Of a DNA stretch of 64,000 nt, positions 9,590-19,283 are shown piece by piece. Both the position numbers and the translations under genes were made by a program. The notes beneath the pieces were generated by a model. That model worked only from the letters and a program-made list of their open reading frames with translations. It did not search any database and had not been told where the DNA came from. How positions within the stretch are numbered: position 1 is the stretch's first letter; each line of letters starts with the position of its first letter. The DNA lies in NCBI GenBank assembly GCA_035529595.1, contig DATKWK010000035.1:113067-177066 (forward strand). The letters are read 5' to 3'. The DNA is from Candidatus Bathyarchaeia archaeon. GTDB taxonomy: Bacteria > Patescibacteriota > Microgenomatia > PFEM01 > JAFGMK01.

Positions 9590-10387
9590 TTAATTTGTTA
9601 GAAAAGGATTAATTTGTTCAGACAGAGCTTTTGGCTTTTCGTAGGGTAATTTATGGGAAGCGCCCGGAATGACTACCAAGAGAGATTTTTTGATCATCTT
9701 ATGAAGATAACGAGCTTGGAGAAGAGGTGTTACCCGATCATCTTCTCCCCAGACAATTAAAGTCGGCGACTTAATTTTTTTTATAATCTTTTCTTGATTA
9801 GCAGAAACTACTCTCGTAAACACTTTTTTCATGATACCTTGTGATTGATAATAATCTTTCTCCCGAGCAAAAAAATATAGATATCTTGTAAATTGACGTC
9901 TAAATAGAAAAAAAGGCGGCAGAAGAAAAATGACTTTTGCCATTTTAGCAACCAGCCAAAATGAAAATCGCTTCAAGGTTTTTTTTCGCAACACCGGCAC
10001 TCCGGTTAAAACCAGTTTCTCAACTTTTTCAGGATAAGTGACAGCGATCTCCAGCGCAACTCGACCACCAAAGGAATGACCAAGAAGGCAGAACTTTTCT
10101 AAAGCGATTGCCTGACAAAACTGAGTAACAAAATGGGCGTAGTCTTTTATCCCCCAGGAGAAATCAGGCAGGGATGTTTTTCCAAATCCAGGCATATCAG
10201 GAGCGAATGTATGAAAATTCCGAGCCAATATTTTTTGCAGCTGGGAAAAAACCGATCCCGACTTATCCCAACCATGAAGAAGCAGCAGCGGTTTTCCGCT
10301 TCCTTCCTCATGATAATAGACCTTAAGATCCTGAAGTTGAATTTTTTTTAGCTTCACCTTCCGTTTATTAAACTGATTTTTTGCCAT
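9590..10387 (-). CDS. Alpha/beta-fold hydrolase
   Basis: HGW oxyanion motif, GHSFGG nucleophile elbow, WGEDD and GASH triad residues. ATG 10387 preferred. Confidence 0.88.
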   Translation of the reverse strand: MAKNQFNKRKVKLKKIQLQDLKVYYHEEGSGKPLLLLHGWDKSGSVFSQLQKILARNFHTFAPDMPGFGKTSLPDFSWGIKDYAHFVTQFCQAIALEKFCLLGHSFGGRVALEIAVTYPEKVEKLVLTGVPVLRKKTLKRFSFWLVAKMAKVIFLLPPFFLFRRQFTRYLYFFAREKDYYQSQGIMKKVFTRVVSANQEKIIKKIKSPTLIVWGEDDRVTPLLQARYLHKMIKKSLLVVIPGASHKLPYEKPKALSEQINPFLTN

Positions 10388-11645
10388 TAACTTTCCTGAT
10401 TTCAGCACCCAAACTTCTCAGTCGTAGATGAGGCTCTTGGTAACCTCTTTCGATTAACTGAATATTTTCAATAATGCTTTCGCCTCGAGCGCAGAGGGAA
10501 GCTAATACCAGAGCCATTCCGGCGCGAATGTCAGGGCTTTCGAGAATTTTACCCTGTAAAGGTGTTGGTCCGTTAACTAAAACACGGTGCGGATCACAAA
10601 TTGTGATGTCGGCTCCCATCGTCGTCAATTTATCAATAAAAAACATTCTTGTTTCATACATCCAGTCATGGCAAAGAGTCGCTCCTTTCGCTTGAGTGGC
10701 CAACACGATTAACGGACTCATAAGATCGGTCGGAAAACCAGGCCAAGGCCGGGTTTGAATTTTGCCTCGCGGGGCTTTAAGCTTTGATTTTTTGATCAGC
10801 AGATCATTACCAACCAAACGCAAGTCAACTCCCATTCGCTTCAAGTAGAGCATAATCATATCCAGATCGCCGGGTATGGTATCCTTTATCAGAATTTCCC
10901 CTTTAGTAACCGCCGCAGCAATGGCAAAAGTACCGATCTCCATATAATCGGGAATGATTTTGATGGCTGCTCCCCCCAATTTTTTGACTCCATAAACATT
11001 AAGCCGATTAGTACCAAATCCCTCGATTCTGGCACCCATCTTAACTAGAAACTGAGCCAGATTTCGGACATGCGGTTCGCAGGCAGCATTCTCAATGACC
11101 GTCGTACCGGGAATCAGAGAGGCTAACATTATCGTATTTTCCGTCGCAGTTACTGAAGCCTCATCCAAAAAAATCCGGCTGGCATGCCCACGAATCAACT
11201 TCCCCTCATAATCTCCTTCGCCAACAAAAACTTCGGCACCAAGAGCTCTGAGTGCCTCAAAATGAGTCCCCACGGCCCTCTTGCCGATGAGACAACCGCC
11301 CGGATGTTTTAAACGAGCCTGACGGAAACGAGCCAAAAGAGGCCCCATGAAAAGAATCGAGGCTCGAAGTTTTTGGACTAGTTCTGGTTTTAGATGATGC
11401 TTTTTAACACCAGCAGTTTTGATTATCAGTTTTTCAGTACCCAGACCCTCGACTTTGGCCCCTAAATCTTTCAGAAGCTCGCCCATAATTGTGACATCAC
11501 TGATTTTAGGAACATTTTCAATTAGGCATTCTTCATCGGTCAGTAAAGTTGCTGCTATGATCGGCAAAATCGCATTCTTATTACCGGCTACTTTAATTTC
11601 ACCCTTTAGAGCCATCCCACCTTTAATTAAGTATCGAGCTGACAT
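10368..11645 (-). CDS. murA: UDP-N-acetylglucosamine 1-carboxyvinyltransferase
   Basis: GNKNAILP, RASIL, PGGCLIGKR (active-site Cys), PGFPTD and DIRAG. Confidence 0.97.
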   Translation of the reverse strand: MSARYLIKGGMALKGEIKVAGNKNAILPIIAATLLTDEECLIENVPKISDVTIMGELLKDLGAKVEGLGTEKLIIKTAGVKKHHLKPELVQKLRASILFMGPLLARFRQARLKHPGGCLIGKRAVGTHFEALRALGAEVFVGEGDYEGKLIRGHASRIFLDEASVTATENTIMLASLIPGTTVIENAACEPHVRNLAQFLVKMGARIEGFGTNRLNVYGVKKLGGAAIKIIPDYMEIGTFAIAAAVTKGEILIKDTIPGDLDMIMLYLKRMGVDLRLVGNDLLIKKSKLKAPRGKIQTRPWPGFPTDLMSPLIVLATQAKGATLCHDWMYETRMFFIDKLTTMGADITICDPHRVLVNGPTPLQGKILESPDIRAGMALVLASLCARGESIIENIQLIERGYQEPHLRLRSLGAEIRKVNGKKSV

Positions 11646-11680
11646 TGGAAAACTCCCTTCTTAAATTTCGACTGTTTAAT

Positions 11681-11686
11681 ATTATA
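11681..11686 (-). promoter_or_regulatory. Putative -10 (TATAAT) upstream of murA, with an SD-like AAGGGAG downstream
   Basis: Minus strand reads tggttTATAATatt...gaagggagttttccaATG. Confidence 0.45.
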
Positions 11687-11715
11687 AACCAAACCGGTTA
11701 CTATTCTAAATAAAA

Positions 11716-12783
11716 TCAAAAAATATCCGGGTAATTATTTCTCGCATATGATTGGACAAAAGGATAAATGAATTTCTGTAGCCAGTTAAAATTGGACATA
11801 GATAAAATCAATCGCCTCATCAATTTTGCCTTTCTGATCGGAAAGACATAGTCATAGCTTCCAAACTTTCCCCACAGATACCGGTTTACCAGGCTTGCCT
11901 TTATCTTACCGTCAAGATGCCTTTTAATAAGCGCTTTATAGTCACTGTTTTCAATAATGCTTTTAGCCGCCAGATAGCCTGATCCAATGGCATACCTGAT
12001 CCCGAAACCCCAAAAAAAATCCTGCAAGCCGGCTGCCTCGCCAACAAATAATTTTCTCCCTTCTTGAAGTTTTGGATTTATCAAGAAGCTGGCTATTCCA
12101 GAAAACCGTCTTACCGACCGTAACTTAAGATCGAATTTTTTGATGAAAAAACTCTTTGTTTTCTGTAAGTAGTCGCTGATATTAATCTCTTTTATATCTT
12201 TAATCGCAGCGACACAAAGACATCCATAATGGTCTGCAATATGAAGATAACCATACCCGCCCGGAGCAAACCGGTCATTGAAAATCACCACTGATTTGTC
12301 CTTCGAATCCGTTTGAAAAGTGATTCCCTTAGCTAAGCCAAAAACATGAGACAAATTGGGCCCGGTCGCAATAATGTCGGCTTTATTCAAAGCTAATGAT
12401 TGATTAAAGTGAATATTTACACCTAAATCCAGCGCCTGCTCTTTCAAGCTATAATCAAGACTGCCAAGAAAATTCCCTCGTTTTACTAAATAAACAAGAA
12501 CTCCCGAACCGGAAAGCCGATTCCAAAACTGACTATTAGTAAGCATCAGGTCTGAAACCGGTTTATGGTAAAAGCGGTGATAAATACTCGCTTTCTTTAG
12601 GAATTCTAAGACATCTTCTTTTTCCGTCCAATTCTCTAGACCCTGAAAATCACCGTGAAACCTCACTCCCACATCAGATGCCTGCTCATAGATATCAACC
12701 TGATAATCGTGTTTGGCCAAGTTGATCGCGGCTGTCATACCGGCAAGTCCGGCACCTAAAATGATAATTTTTCTTCTTTTCAT
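11716..12783 (-). CDS. FAD-dependent oxidoreductase, geranylgeranyl-reductase-like
   Basis: N-terminal GAGLAG Rossmann motif, APGGYGY and VGEAAGLQDFFWGFGIRYAI, similar to GGR-family motifs. Confidence 0.7.
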   Translation of the reverse strand: MKRRKIIILGAGLAGMTAAINLAKHDYQVDIYEQASDVGVRFHGDFQGLENWTEKEDVLEFLKKASIYHRFYHKPVSDLMLTNSQFWNRLSGSGVLVYLVKRGNFLGSLDYSLKEQALDLGVNIHFNQSLALNKADIIATGPNLSHVFGLAKGITFQTDSKDKSVVIFNDRFAPGGYGYLHIADHYGCLCVAAIKDIKEINISDYLQKTKSFFIKKFDLKLRSVRRFSGIASFLINPKLQEGRKLFVGEAAGLQDFFWGFGIRYAIGSGYLAAKSIIENSDYKALIKRHLDGKIKASLVNRYLWGKFGSYDYVFPIRKAKLMRRLILSMSNFNWLQKFIYPFVQSYARNNYPDIF

Positions 12784-14229
12784 TTATTTAGCAAGTTTTT
12801 TAAGTTGGCGGACAATCATCTTGGCCAGTTGACTGCTATTGCCTGCTCCAAAAACGATGACTACGTCTTCTGAACGACTGTTTTTGGCAATAAAATCAGC
12901 TACTTTTTTGAAGTCTTCGATACAGCTTGCCTTTGGTAAGCCGATTTTAGCTGCCAATTCTTGGGCACTTAGACCGGAAGTTATTTTCTCTCTCCCCCAG
13001 AAAATTTCAGTAACTATTACCTGATTTGCCTTCTTCAGAGCGGTAACAAATTCATTCGTAAAAAACCGGAATCGCGTTTGGTGAGGCTCCAGTACTGCCC
13101 AAATAAACGACTTGGGATATCTTTGTTTAACTGCTTCTATTGTCGCTGCAATCTGAGTCGGATGATGGCCATAATCGTCAATTACGATCCTCCTGGCTTC
13201 TTTCCCAACAATTTCAAATCGTCTCTTAACGCCTGAAAAACTGTTAAAAACGGTTTTTAGCGTTTCACTATTAATGTTAAGAAACCAACCGCAAGCATAA
13301 GCCGCTAGAGCATTGTAAACATTGTGCCTGCCCGGAATTCTCAATTGGAAATCTTCTTTAATGGTTTTTTTTCCATGATCAAAAACAATCGAAAACCTGG
13401 TTGAAAATTTTTCTTGCCGGTTAATTATTCCCCGGAAATCTTTAGCAAAAGGAAAATCAAACGCCGAATCGAGATGAAAAGCGGTTATTTGAACCCTCTC
13501 CCGGTTTAATCTTAACTGGTTTTTGACTAAAATCTGCCGAATATTGTCATCATCACTATTAACAATAAGGATTTTGGGTTGATCCAGACGAAAGATGAAC
13601 CGGGTAAAACTTTTTCTTAGCTGGTCAAGGTTTGAAAAAAATTCAGGGTGATCCATTTCAATATTGGTGATAACGGCCATCTTGGGAGAATAGTTAAGAA
13701 AATTATTATAGTACTCATCAGCTTCACAAATAAAATAATTTGACTCGCCGCAGCGGACATTTGCTTGCCACACCGGAACGACACCGCCAACCAGCACAGT
13801 AGGATCAAGTTTTCCCGCCTCTAAAATCTGGCCGACTAAAGCGGAAGTAGTTGTCTTTCCGTGGGTTCCGGCAATGCAGACAAGATATTTATCTTTCTGA
13901 AGATACCGACCTATAAACTGCTGCCACGTTAATATAATTCCTCGTCTTTTTGCTTCCCGAATTTCAGGATGACGACTATTGACAATCAACACCGCCGGCG
14001 AAGTTACCAAAAGATCAGCTTTTCTCAAATGGCTGATATTATGACCGCCATGAATAGGGATCTTTAATTTCCTCAGTTGGTCAGTTGACGACGTGTTGGG
14101 ATTAAGATCACAGCCACTAACTTGAAAACCCTCGTACCTGGCAAGATAAGCGGCACCTGAACAACCACTGCCGCTAATACCCATAAAATGAATCCTCTTA
14201 ATCTCTTTTGCTGTTTTTCTCTTTTTCAC
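12784..14229 (-). CDS. murC: UDP-N-acetylmuramate--L-alanine ligase
   Basis: HFMGISGSG, AGTHGKTTT, EADEY, NIEMDH, DDYGHHP and GAGN. Confidence 0.95.
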   Translation of the reverse strand: MKKRKTAKEIKRIHFMGISGSGCSGAAYLARYEGFQVSGCDLNPNTSSTDQLRKLKIPIHGGHNISHLRKADLLVTSPAVLIVNSRHPEIREAKRRGIILTWQQFIGRYLQKDKYLVCIAGTHGKTTTSALVGQILEAGKLDPTVLVGGVVPVWQANVRCGESNYFICEADEYYNNFLNYSPKMAVITNIEMDHPEFFSNLDQLRKSFTRFIFRLDQPKILIVNSDDDNIRQILVKNQLRLNRERVQITAFHLDSAFDFPFAKDFRGIINRQEKFSTRFSIVFDHGKKTIKEDFQLRIPGRHNVYNALAAYACGWFLNINSETLKTVFNSFSGVKRRFEIVGKEARRIVIDDYGHHPTQIAATIEAVKQRYPKSFIWAVLEPHQTRFRFFTNEFVTALKKANQVIVTEIFWGREKITSGLSAQELAAKIGLPKASCIEDFKKVADFIAKNSRSEDVVIVFGAGNSSQLAKMIVRQLKKLAK

Positions 14230-14969
14230 AAGTTGTCTCCGATAGCGGCCACCGTTAAAAATTCGCCGAATGGACGGCCGTCTTTTCGAAAAGAAAAGAA
14301 TTCATCATTTCGACAGGCAGTACAGATACCGGCCGGTTCTATATTCTTTACCGGTATCCCGGATGTACGCAACTGCCAGATTAAAGGAACAGAGAGATCA
14401 AGATAATAAGCAGCATCCCTTATGTTTATCATGCCTGGCAAGTCACCAAAATTAGCCCGAAATTGTCTGGCTCTTTGTTTATTTATCCGGTAACAACAAG
14501 GCCCGATATGAGGCCCAATTCCAACCACAATATCTCCGACATGTCCTCCTAATTCTTTCAGCTTATCAACTAATTGACAGACAATATTATTAATAATTCC
14601 TTTCCATCCAGCGTGAGCAACACCTAAAACTATCTCCTGAGGATCATAAGCCACCAGAGGCAGGCAATCGGCGGTTTTAATTGCCAAAATTAGATTTTTT
14701 TCCTGAGTAACCAGACCATCTACTTTTTTAATCTCTGTCCCTTTATGATTAATCCAGGCAATTTCCACCCGGTTGCCATGAACCTGTTCCATAGTGACTA
14801 AATCATCAATCCTCAGGCCAATTTTACCTAAGAACTTTTGGATATTTTGTCTTTGTTTTACCTTGTCGGCCTCTGTCATATCTCCCATTGACCGGGAAGA
14901 AATTGCCTGAGTTAAATTTTCTTGTTGACTTAAGAGCTTGAAATAATAAAGATGTTCTTTCTTAAGCAT
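14226..14969 (-). CDS. pgeF: Peptidoglycan editing factor PgeF (YfiH/laccase-domain family)
   Basis: QVHG, TADCLP, HAGWKG, GPHIGPCCY, CTAC and FFSFRK. Confidence 0.93.
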   Translation of the reverse strand: MLKKEHLYYFKLLSQQENLTQAISSRSMGDMTEADKVKQRQNIQKFLGKIGLRIDDLVTMEQVHGNRVEIAWINHKGTEIKKVDGLVTQEKNLILAIKTADCLPLVAYDPQEIVLGVAHAGWKGIINNIVCQLVDKLKELGGHVGDIVVGIGPHIGPCCYRINKQRARQFRANFGDLPGMINIRDAAYYLDLSVPLIWQLRTSGIPVKNIEPAGICTACRNDEFFSFRKDGRPFGEFLTVAAIGDNL

Positions 14970-16278
14970 TGCCCAACCTTTCCCGTAAGGCTGTTTTTAT
15001 TTCTTCATGCTCACTCCAGGGTTTTTCAATTCGCCCATAACATAGGCTCGCTTCATGTCCTTTACCGAAAAAGGCCACGATATCGTTCTTGCAAGCCAAT
15101 TTATTAATTGCAAACCTGATTGCTTCTCTTCTGTCAGATATCCGAAAATAAACACCTTTCAGCTTGCTAATCTGAGACTCGTTAATACCTGTCGGACTTT
15201 GATAAGTCAAATGACCTTTAAGGCATCCTTGAGCAATCTGATCAATAATTTTTTCCACGTCTTCGGTTCTTGGGTCTTCAGCGGTTAAAATCACAACATC
15301 GGCTATTCGAGCTGCAATCTCGCCCATCAGCGGTCTTTTATAAAAATCACGTAAGCCCGCACAGCCAAAAACGGCTATTATTCTTCTCTCGTTAGATTTT
15401 TCCTTCAAAGCAGTCAGTGCTTGTTGAAGACCATTAGGGGTATGGGCAAAATCAACAAAAACTTGGAAGTCTTGCCCTAAATCTATAATTTCCATCCGGC
15501 CGGTTACTCCAGTAAAAGCAGCCAGGCTTTTTCTGATTGTTTTATCGTCTATTTCTAAAGTTTTGGCAACGGCAATTGCCGCCAAACAGTTATACCGGTT
15601 ATACTCGCCGATCAGAGGGGTTTTAAACCTATAGGTGTTAGGAGTAAATTCGGCTTTCTTCTTAACCGCGTAAGTAACCAGCCGTGAGTTTCTTGATCTA
15701 GCCGTGTTTAGATAACTAAACGAACGATCATCTCTATTTAATACGACTACTTTGGTTTTTTTGAATAGCTTCCCCTTTACTTCTAAATATTTTGAATAAG
15801 TACCGTGATAATCCAAGTGTTCAGAAGTGACATTAGTAATTACCGCCATCTCAAATCTAATCCCCAGGAAGCGATTTTGTGCCAATCCATGGGAAGTACA
15901 TTCAAGTACTAAATATTTGATTTTTTGGTCAGCGATGTTCCGTAAAAGTCGCTGCAAAAAAAAAGGTTGGGGCGAGGTAACGTGAAGACCGATAGGGATT
16001 TTTTCTTGGCCGATTTTGGCACAGACTGTCGAAATAAGGGCCGCTTTTTTGCCGGCATGCAGTAAAATTTTATAGATCAATGTCGAAGTGGTTGTTTTAC
16101 CATCGGTTCCGGTAACGCCAATTATATAAAGTTTCCGGGAAGGAAACCGGAAATATAAATTGGCCGCTATCGCTTTCGGACCATGCCAAAAAAGATTAAC
16201 CAGCCAATCAGGGAAAAGTAACCGAAGATTCTCTCCCAGCTTACTATAACGAATCTTAGTCAAAATTCCTGAAAACAT
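14962..16278 (-). CDS. murE: UDP-MurNAc-dipeptide--diamino acid ligase
   Basis: GVTGTDGKTTT, EHLDYH, VDFAHTP, VFGCAGLRD, LTAEDPR and GKGHE; lacks the N-terminal domain of E. coli-type MurE. Confidence 0.94.
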   Translation of the reverse strand: MFSGILTKIRYSKLGENLRLLFPDWLVNLFWHGPKAIAANLYFRFPSRKLYIIGVTGTDGKTTTSTLIYKILLHAGKKAALISTVCAKIGQEKIPIGLHVTSPQPFFLQRLLRNIADQKIKYLVLECTSHGLAQNRFLGIRFEMAVITNVTSEHLDYHGTYSKYLEVKGKLFKKTKVVVLNRDDRSFSYLNTARSRNSRLVTYAVKKKAEFTPNTYRFKTPLIGEYNRYNCLAAIAVAKTLEIDDKTIRKSLAAFTGVTGRMEIIDLGQDFQVFVDFAHTPNGLQQALTALKEKSNERRIIAVFGCAGLRDFYKRPLMGEIAARIADVVILTAEDPRTEDVEKIIDQIAQGCLKGHLTYQSPTGINESQISKLKGVYFRISDRREAIRFAINKLACKNDIVAFFGKGHEASLCYGRIEKPWSEHEEIKTALRERLGNA

Positions 16279-16286
16279 CTAACAAA

Positions 16287-16295
16287 ATTATATCA
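16287..16295 (-). promoter_or_regulatory. Extended -10 element (TGaTATAAT) 8 nt upstream of the murE ATG
   Basis: Minus strand reads TGATATAAT-tttgttag-ATG. Confidence 0.6.
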
Positions 16296-16315
16296 TTTAA
16301 AACCTAATCAGAAAC

Positions 16316-18082
16316 TTATTTAGTGGGCGAAATACCATAGTATGTAAAAAGCTCTTTAGCGATATCAAACCAAAGTGGGGCAGCAGTTTCTGAACCCCAG
16401 GGCGATGAAGTTGGTTCTCTTAAGGTAACTAACATCGCAAAACGCGGTTGTTGGGCCGGAGCAAAACCGATAAACGAAGCAATAGTTTTATCCCGATCGT
16501 AGTGTCCGGCAACGGGGATTTGGGCGGTACCGGTTTTTCCAGCTACAAGAAAACCGGTCGGTTTAGTCCACTTTGCTTCTCCTCTCTCTACGGCAGCAAC
16601 CATCATCTCCGTTAATGTTTTAGCCGTCGACCCTTTAAGGACTGTTTTCCCCATCTCAGGTTCGATCATCGTCGTTTTACCTTGATCAATAACTCCTTTA
16701 ACGATAAAAGGTTTAACTAATTTCCCTCCATTGGCGATGACAGACACCGCCCTTAACATTTGGATCGGAGTTACGGCAATTCCTTGACCAAAACTTGCCG
16801 TCGCTAAGTCAATTTCTCTCCATTCTTTTTCCAGTCGCAAAGAGACAGTGTCTTCTTCTTGAAGATCAATTCCGGTTAACTGTCCAAGACCAAATTTTTT
16901 CAAGTAGGCATGAAGTTTCTTGATCCCTAGCTGCCGACCAACGAAAACCATACCCAAATTGTCCGAGTGAACCAAAATATCGGTCGCAGTTGAATTAGGA
17001 TAGTATTGGTTGTTCCAAGTATTAATGGTATAACCGGCAATCTCAACCGGTCCTCCACACGAAGTGCACTGTGTTTCCGGCCCAATTACCCCTTCATTAA
17101 CAGCCGCTGCCATGATCAAAACCTTGAAGGTTGAACCTGGCTCGTATGAAGAAGCAACCGCCGGGTTTAAAAAGATCTTTTCGTCAAACTCGGAGTAAAT
17201 AGAAGGGTCGTAGGTCGGCAATGAAACCATTGCCAGGACTGCTCCATTGCCAGGATCTATAATAAGCACTGAACCGCTTATTGCCCCATATTTGGCTAAA
17301 GCTTGTTTTAAGCGATTTTCCACAATAAACTGTAACGTCCGGTCGAGACTAGTTAAAAGACTGCGACCGTCTCTTTTGTCCTCTCTTTGAGAGATTCCCA
17401 ATAAAATTGGTTTTCCTGAAGCATCTTTTTCGCGCTTAAGATATCCTGGATGACCCTGAAGTTCCAAATCATAAAATCCCTCAAGTCCAAAATAACCTTT
17501 CGGTTTACCGTTTACATCACTTCCGACAAAACCCATTAAATGGGCCGAGGCAGTTCCCTCAGGATATGTCCGTTTCTGCTCGCGCTCAAAACCGAGACCG
17601 CCAATGCGCATAGCTTCTATTTTCTCTTTTGCCTCCCTTGAAATCTTATGTTGAATCGGTAACCAACTGACGTCCTGACGAAGAAATTGCTGCTTAATCT
17701 CCTCTTCTTTAATTTTGATCAATTCCTGCACCTCTTCAGCGGTAATCCCACTGGCGGTAGCTGTTTTAACAAGATCATTCATCTGTTCATCAACTAATAT
17801 CGGCGCTAACTCTTGTGCAACCGATTCGAAATCTTTACCGATTTCTGATAACGAGACATACAATAGGTAGACTTCTTGGTTGGTCACGAAGGGGAAATTA
17901 TCAGAGGCAAAAAATTGTCCTCTCTGGGCGGGGATTTCCAGAACATCTAAATGCTGCTTAGCCGCGGCTGATGCTAATTCGTCTGTCTTTAAAATCTGCC
18001 AATAAAAAAGTCGCCCCAAAACTAAGAAGGAGAAAAGCCACAAAGAAAGTAAAGAAATTCGTATCCGACGAGAAGTATCCAT
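16316..18082 (-). CDS. ftsI: Class B penicillin-binding protein FtsI
   Basis: N-terminal TM anchor; EPGSTFK (SxxK), SDN (SxN) and GKTGTAQ (KTG); follows ftsL. Confidence 0.93.
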   Translation of the reverse strand: MDTSRRIRISLLSLWLFSFLVLGRLFYWQILKTDELASAAAKQHLDVLEIPAQRGQFFASDNFPFVTNQEVYLLYVSLSEIGKDFESVAQELAPILVDEQMNDLVKTATASGITAEEVQELIKIKEEEIKQQFLRQDVSWLPIQHKISREAKEKIEAMRIGGLGFEREQKRTYPEGTASAHLMGFVGSDVNGKPKGYFGLEGFYDLELQGHPGYLKREKDASGKPILLGISQREDKRDGRSLLTSLDRTLQFIVENRLKQALAKYGAISGSVLIIDPGNGAVLAMVSLPTYDPSIYSEFDEKIFLNPAVASSYEPGSTFKVLIMAAAVNEGVIGPETQCTSCGGPVEIAGYTINTWNNQYYPNSTATDILVHSDNLGMVFVGRQLGIKKLHAYLKKFGLGQLTGIDLQEEDTVSLRLEKEWREIDLATASFGQGIAVTPIQMLRAVSVIANGGKLVKPFIVKGVIDQGKTTMIEPEMGKTVLKGSTAKTLTEMMVAAVERGEAKWTKPTGFLVAGKTGTAQIPVAGHYDRDKTIASFIGFAPAQQPRFAMLVTLREPTSSPWGSETAAPLWFDIAKELFTYYGISPTK

Positions 18083-18090
18083 CAGGTAAT

Positions 18091-18390
18091 TTAATCATTT
18101 AAAGCTACGGAAACTCCCGAGGTTAAGTAGACGATATCTGCTAGCGGCCTAAACCCGAGAGCCTGAGCTTTTTGGCTAATTACACTGAGCGAACCTTTTT
18201 GATCAATGCCCTCGCAAAGCTTTTGATTCTCTTCACGAGTTCTCAGTACTTCATTCTCCAATTCGGCGACTACTTTTCCGGCTGTCGCCAGTCGGTGAGA
18301 AACGTAAATTTGAACTAGAGCCAAAAACAAAACTAGCGAAAAAAAGATGCTCACGACATAGAAAAACTTTTTAGGTCGTTTTTTATTCAT
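18091..18390 (-). CDS. ftsL: FtsL-like cell division protein
   Basis: 99 aa: basic tail, one TM, coiled coil, AQALGF; lies between rsmH and ftsI. Confidence 0.72.
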   Translation of the reverse strand: MNKKRPKKFFYVVSIFFSLVLFLALVQIYVSHRLATAGKVVAELENEVLRTREENQKLCEGIDQKGSLSVISQKAQALGFRPLADIVYLTSGVSVALND

Positions 18391-19283
18391 TAATTTTTTT
18401 GTGCTGCCCTGAGTTTTGCACTTCTACTTCTTGGGTTTTTTTCTCTTTCAAGACGAGAGGGTTCAATTGGCTTTTTTGTTAATACAATCAAATTATTCAG
18501 TTTGCTTTCCTGCCGAAAAAAATCTTTAGCTAGCCTATCTTCTAAAGAGTGGAAACTGATGACCACCAGCCGTCCTCCTTTTTCTAACAGTCCCAGAGTT
18601 TGGCTTAATCCCTGCGATAAATTCTCCAGCTCGTTATTAACTACCATCCGTAATGCCTGAAAACAGCGTGTCGCCGGATGACGCGTTCGTTTCACTCGTG
18701 AAGCCGGTATTACCTTCCTGATGATCTTTGCCAAATCAGAACTTCTTTCAATAGGTTTTTTTTTACGGTATCGGCAGACTGCTCGGGCAATAGGCGCTGA
18801 AAAGGATTCCTGGCCAAACTCTGAGAAAAGCTTTTTTAATTCCTTTTCGCTCAAATGATTAATTAAGTCACTGGCGGTAATCCCAAGCTCCGGATTCATT
18901 CGCATATCAAGAAAATCATCATCCTGGAAAGAAAATCCTCTTCCGGAAGTTTTTAGCTGATATAGCGATACGCCCAAATCAAAAAGGATACCGGCTACTT
19001 GATTAAAACCACATCGACAAGCAAGATCATTTAAATGAGCAAAATTACCGCGTTCTAGTTTCCAGTAGAAAGCGCTTGGAGGGCAGGCAGAAACCAAGCG
19101 CTTTCTACTGAAAGCTAACGCTTGAGGATCCCAATCAATACCTAAGACTTGACCTCCTTTTCTTAAAATTTGTTCGCTGTGACCCCCTCCGCCTATAGTT
19201 GTATCAATGTATCTTTTTCCTTTTCTAACGTTAAGAAAGCGGATTGTTTCCTCAACTAAAACTGGCTCATGAAATTTTATCAT
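18390..19283 (-). CDS. rsmH: 16S rRNA m4C1402 methyltransferase
   Basis: HEPVL, DTTIGGGGHS, DLGVS, RGFSF, LDMRM, FQALR, ISFHSLEDR and NPRSRSAKLR. Confidence 0.97.
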   Translation of the reverse strand: MIKFHEPVLVEETIRFLNVRKGKRYIDTTIGGGGHSEQILRKGGQVLGIDWDPQALAFSRKRLVSACPPSAFYWKLERGNFAHLNDLACRCGFNQVAGILFDLGVSLYQLKTSGRGFSFQDDDFLDMRMNPELGITASDLINHLSEKELKKLFSEFGQESFSAPIARAVCRYRKKKPIERSSDLAKIIRKVIPASRVKRTRHPATRCFQALRMVVNNELENLSQGLSQTLGLLEKGGRLVVISFHSLEDRLAKDFFRQESKLNNLIVLTKKPIEPSRLEREKNPRSRSAKLRAAQKN

